From the NCBI RefSeq assembly GCF_036588685.1, contig NC_086375.1, forward strand, positions 91,698,001 to 91,762,000: 64,000 bases of DNA. The letters run 5' to 3'. The stretch's first letter is position 1; each line of letters starts with the position of its first letter. The DNA comes from Mytilus trossulus (taxonomy: Eukaryota). Both the position numbers and the translations under genes were made by a program. Below the pieces are notes generated by a model that saw nothing but the letters and a program-made list of their open reading frames with translations, had not been told where the DNA came from and did no database searches. Below, piece by piece: positions 62,802-64,000 of the stretch.

Positions 62802-63679
62802 TTTTTGTCGAGCCTTCGGCTTTAGTCGAAAAAGCGAGACTAAGCGATCCTACTTTCCGTCGTCGTCGGTGTCGTCGTCGGCGGCGTCCACAAATATTCA
62901 CTCTGTGGTTAAAGTTTTTGAAATTTTAATAACTTTCCTAAACTATACTGGATTTCTACCAAACTTGGACAGAAGATTGTTTATGATCATAAGATAGTAT
63001 CCAGAAGTAAATTTTGTAAAAATAAAATTCCATTTTTTCCGTATTTTACTTATAAATGGACTTAGTTTTTTCTGCGGGGAAACATTTCATTCACTCTGTG
63101 GTTAAAGTTTTTAGAATTTTTATAACTTTCTTAAACTATCCTTGGTTTGTACCAAACTTGGACAGAAGCTTGTTTATGATCATAAGATAGTATCCAAAGT
63201 AAATTTTGTAAAAATAAAATTCCATTTTTTCCGTATTTTACTTATAAATGGACTTAGTTTTTTTTCTGCGGGGAAACATTGCATTCACTCTGTGGTTAAA
63301 GTTTTTAGAATTTTAATAACTTTCTTAAACTATCCTTGGTTTGTACAAAACTTGGACAGAAGCTTGTTTATGATCATAAGATAGCATCCAGAAGTAAATT
63401 TTGTAAAAAAAAAATCCATTTTTTCTTTATTTACTTTTAAATGGACTTAGATTTTCTTCCAGTTAATACTTCATACAGTCTGCAGTTAAAGTTTTCAAAA
63501 CATTTATTAGATTCATTAACTATCCTAGATTTTTACCAAACTTGGACAGAAGCTTCTTACAATCAAAAGATAGTATCAAGAGGAATATTTTTATTGATTT
63601 TTTTCCTAATTTTTGTTGAGCCTGTGATTTACAGCAAAAGTAGGCGAGACACTGGGTTCCGCGGAACCCTTACAAATTT
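62802..63679 (+). mobile_element. HINE-type element with ~193-bp internal tandem repeats
   Basis: T-run start, CGT/CGG microsatellite 62858-62887, units at 62897, 63090, 63284, 3' hairpin GGGTTCCGCGGAACCC. Confidence 0.85.
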
Positions 63680-63854
63680 CTTTTCAATTCATTGTTTGGT
63701 GTATACAACTTCCTATGCTTTGCCAATATAATAATGACAACATAAGAACAGCAAACGAAACTGTACCTATACGAGAGTACAAACAATAACAAAGACAACC
63801 CTATACTAAGTACCTAGCTAATAATTATCAAAGGTACCAGGATTATAATTTAGT

Positions 63855-63900
63855 AAGCCAGACGCGCGTGTCGTCTACACAAGACTCATCAGTGACGCTC
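63855..63900 (-). ncRNA. Minimal type I hammerhead ribozyme motif (one core substitution) in a Penelope/retrozyme-like repeat
   Basis: Minus strand GCGTCA-CTGATGA-GTCT(TGTGT)AGAC-GACA-CGCGCG-TC-TGGC: CUGAUGA and stem II intact, GAAA changed to GACA, palindromic stem III, GUC cleavage triplet. Confidence 0.7.
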
Positions 63901-64000
63901 ATATCAAAATATTTATAAAGCCAAACAATTACAAAGTTGAAGAGCATTGAGGATTCAAAATTCCAAAACGTTGTGCCAAAAAAGACTAAGGTAATCTATG

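Overview
AT-rich, intron-rich animal genomic DNA; the repeat landscape and gene content suggest a bivalve mollusc such as Mytilus (inference). Six spliced protein-coding genes were reconstructed by hand from GT-AG junctions: the 3' part of a nidogen (+), a quiver/sleepless-like Ly6/uPAR protein (+), a 4CL/luciferase-like ANL acyl-CoA ligase (+), DNAJC17 (-), an ependymin-related protein (-) and a 2OG-Fe(II) oxygenase with a C-terminal TPR-like hairpin (+). Mobile DNA includes a Tx1-clade LINE with an intact ORF2 and an SGNH-esterase ORF1 remnant, two further LINE 3' ends, a BEL/Pao LTR remnant, several Helentron-associated (HINE-type) elements, Kolobok-, Tc1/mariner- and hAT-type MITEs, a Deu-type SINE and a 2.9-kb CAC...GTG foldback element. 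The most striking observations are an 8-copy tandem array of a nidogen 3' splice site in which only the last copy gives an open frame (possible recursive splicing), the esterase-Tx1 inserted about 16 nt from a DNAJC17 acceptor, degenerate minimal hammerhead ribozymes, a loop-less 40-bp palindrome with a 7-bp target-site duplication, and the foldback element with graded arm homogenisation. All family assignments are from motif recognition, not database searches.
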